In this document: positions 61,686-64,000 of the stretch, one piece after another
Layout of the letters: every line of letters starts with the position of its first letter
Position numbering within the stretch: the stretch's first letter is position 1
Assembly: GCA_904063045.1 (NCBI GenBank)
Contig: CAJFCJ010000046.1
Span: forward strand, 40,692-104,691
DNA: 64,000 bases
Reading direction: 5' to 3'
Source: Dimorphilus gyrociliatus
Lineage: Eukaryota; Animalia; Annelida
The notes under the pieces: model-generated
The model's input: only the letters and a program-made list of their open reading frames with translations
Database searches by the model: none
What the model was told of the DNA's origin: nothing
Made by a program: the position numbers and the translations under genes

Positions 61686-62532
61686 TCATATTTATGAAAC
61701 TAAACACTTGTTGTTGTTGTCAACATTTTTGGTTATGCAACATCCTACCCTTTGCCTATAAAAGGGGTTGATTATGTCAGTTCTGTACCATTTACCCTAG
61801 AGACAACTATTTATTGAATTTTCTTTGACAACTGACAGGTAAATGCATTGACACAGAAAAAAAAATATTATGCAAATACCTTTGATGAGTCATTTCTTTT
61901 GGCTTTTTCCATCATTAACCAATCAATTTTACCAAATGATCTTAAAAAAGAAGAGAATCAAGGTAGAATAAAAAATAGAAATTATAGTTAAAATCCTTTT
62001 TTATAATTCATTGTAATTGAAAAAAAAAATTTCATGGTAATGTAGGCCTAATTCTATTACAAATTCTATAAGGAAAGTAGGAAAAAATGAATCATTCACT
62101 ATTATTTTTAACAATAACTCTGGATCAACACCGTTAAAAAAAGAAATTATTGATTCAGTATAAATCTATATACTAGAAAAGTTTATATGAATTTCTCTCT
62201 TAAAAACACAATATTTTAACATTTAAAACACGTCTTTTTTTAATGAAACTCTAAAAATTTTCAACAAACACTAGTTTATTTGGAAAAAGTTTTAGATAAG
62301 GTTACAATATTGTTTAGAAATAATGTTGCACTGTGTTTATTACTGTTGACTTATTCATTGGATGCATACAGAGAAAAAAAAAGTTAATGTAAGGGTTAGA
62401 AATTATATCCGGTCTTTATGTTCATATTTTTCAATTGAGAATATTTATTGCTGTCTTAATAAAGTCCAAATGCTCTGTTATCTGTTTTTTGAGAAGAAAA
62501 ATTACTAATTGGTGAATGAAAAATAGAACAAA

Positions 62533-63480
62533 CTATACCCTAAAAAAAAATGATGGAATTGCCAACATTTTTCCTATACCAGAATGTATGAAGCCATATA
62601 TATGCCATTTTTCATCATGGAAACATGATAAAGATCCATCATGTCGTTTCTAAAATAAAAATGACTGAACTTCTGTTAATTGTGTAAAAAATGTTCTTAC
62701 AATATCAATAATTCTGCTTGATCCTTCAGGATTACTTGCACATAAAATATTTGAATACTTATTTTCAATTGAAATTGTATCTTCATCTGTAAGTTTGCAT
62801 TCTTCTTTTGTTAATAGTTTCACTTCTTTTTGATACATACTCCTCTTTAAAGGATCTATTTAAATGTTATGTTACATTACATTCTAAAATAAACAAAAAT
62901 ACTACCAGTTATTTCTTCATATTGAAAGTATGAAAATTTGCAAAAAACATTTTTGTTATTTTCAATATTTTTCAAATTGGGTAAACAAATTGGTTGAACA
63001 CTTTTATTAAATTCTAATGGAGATTTCAATTTAATAACTGAAATATCATATAGTTTATGATAGCTATAAAGTGATGGATATATAACATCTTCTATTGAAT
63101 AAAATTCTGAATATTTAAAATTCTGATTTACTTGTCCAACAACAACTTTTACTGATAAATAATTCTTCCTGAGTAAAATCAAATCAATTTTCTATTAAAT
63201 CAAAATTTGTAAATTAAAAAGTATACTTCTGAAAGCATAGGCGACTTGTCAGTAAATATTTCTTATCAATTATAACTGCATTACATAGAAAAATAGAAGA
63301 GACTGTCAGCATTGCCTTTTCAACAAGAAGAGAGATAATTATTATTTAATCAAAGAAATTTCACTTACTTTCCAAGGCATTTCTCCTAATTTTACTTGAT
63401 TTGTATCATAAAACAGACTAGAATAATTAGTATTTTTACCACATGAGTCACGTGACAAAATATCATCCAAATCTTTTATA
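62533..63480 (-). CDS. Trypsin-like serine protease homolog, catalytically dead; upstream exons extend toward or beyond the window end
   Basis: Spliced CG..GEMPWK|AML..CNAVIIDKKYLLTSRLC, YDISVIKL..VQPICLP, LCA, RHDGSLSC..WHIYG. Confidence 0.7.
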
Positions 63481-64000
63481 TGGTTAACAAAACCAATTCA
63501 ATAATATTACTTTTTTTTTATGCAATAAAATGAAAAATTTACCTGAATTTTTACATGCTTGTATTGATATTTTATGAATTTTAATTTCAAAGTGCTCTTT
63601 TGAATTGGCAGTTATAAAAATCTATAATTATGAATTGAATGATATATATAGTATTTTACACAAACAAAACTATTTCCACTTCTTTTATATTTTCATATTT
63701 AAATTCAACTTCAAGTTGTGGCATGTCTCTTTCCCTTTCAGAAATTATTACAATCTTTAGACATTGTTCTCCATTACTTGTTAATTTCAATTTTGGTGAA
63801 ATAAGTTGAGATTTGTATAAATCTTCTGAACTGATACTACAAATTCCAAGTTTGTCATCTAAAAGATTAATGAAAGCAAAAAAGATAAATAACTAAAAAT
63901 CTTTTGTAATTTTCAATTTTTTGTACAAACAGTGTGCTTCATATTTATATTTGTCAAATATATTTTTAGACCAACCATATCCTTGATTTAATGGATGATT

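Noticed and set aside
1-64000. rRNA, tRNA or snRNA genes
   Set aside because: No cloverleaf, A/B box pair or conserved rRNA segment recognised by eye; a tRNAscan-SE or Infernal run would be needed to exclude them.

Overview
AT-rich animal genomic DNA with short (~50-90 nt) GT-AG introns and one assembly gap (19279-19445). The gene repertoire suggests a compact lophotrochozoan genome such as a Dimorphilus-like annelid; this is an inference only. Apparently intact genes: a CLCA-like vWA protein (5' end outside the window), a secreted PAN/trefoil protein, an SDR9C-like dehydrogenase, a single-exon 706-aa RNI-like LRR protein with an N-terminal VHL-box-like motif, a secreted F5/8-F5/8-FAMeT-like protein and an orphan class A GPCR. 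Partial or decayed genes: two GRL101-like LDLa/LRR GPCRs, a second F5/8-FAMeT paralog, a tandem F-type lectin ORF, hillarin-like, CASPR-like and FA58C fragments, LRR relics and a non-catalytic trypsin homolog. The window is dense in DNA transposons: many Mutator (Phantom-like) pieces encoding PHD-FLYWCH-MULE transposases, two Tc1 elements (DD34E and DD35E), a mariner relic and Gypsy fragments. The clearest unexplained structure is a ~180-215 bp MITE family with 9-bp TSDs, asymmetric TIRs and internal TTAGGG/G-quadruplex motifs. Six TSD-bounded copies are present; one hosts a nested MULE+Tc1 insert and two interrupt reading frames that are restored on in-silico excision. No rRNA, tRNA or CRISPR array was seen. 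All coordinates were read by eye and may be off by a few bases.
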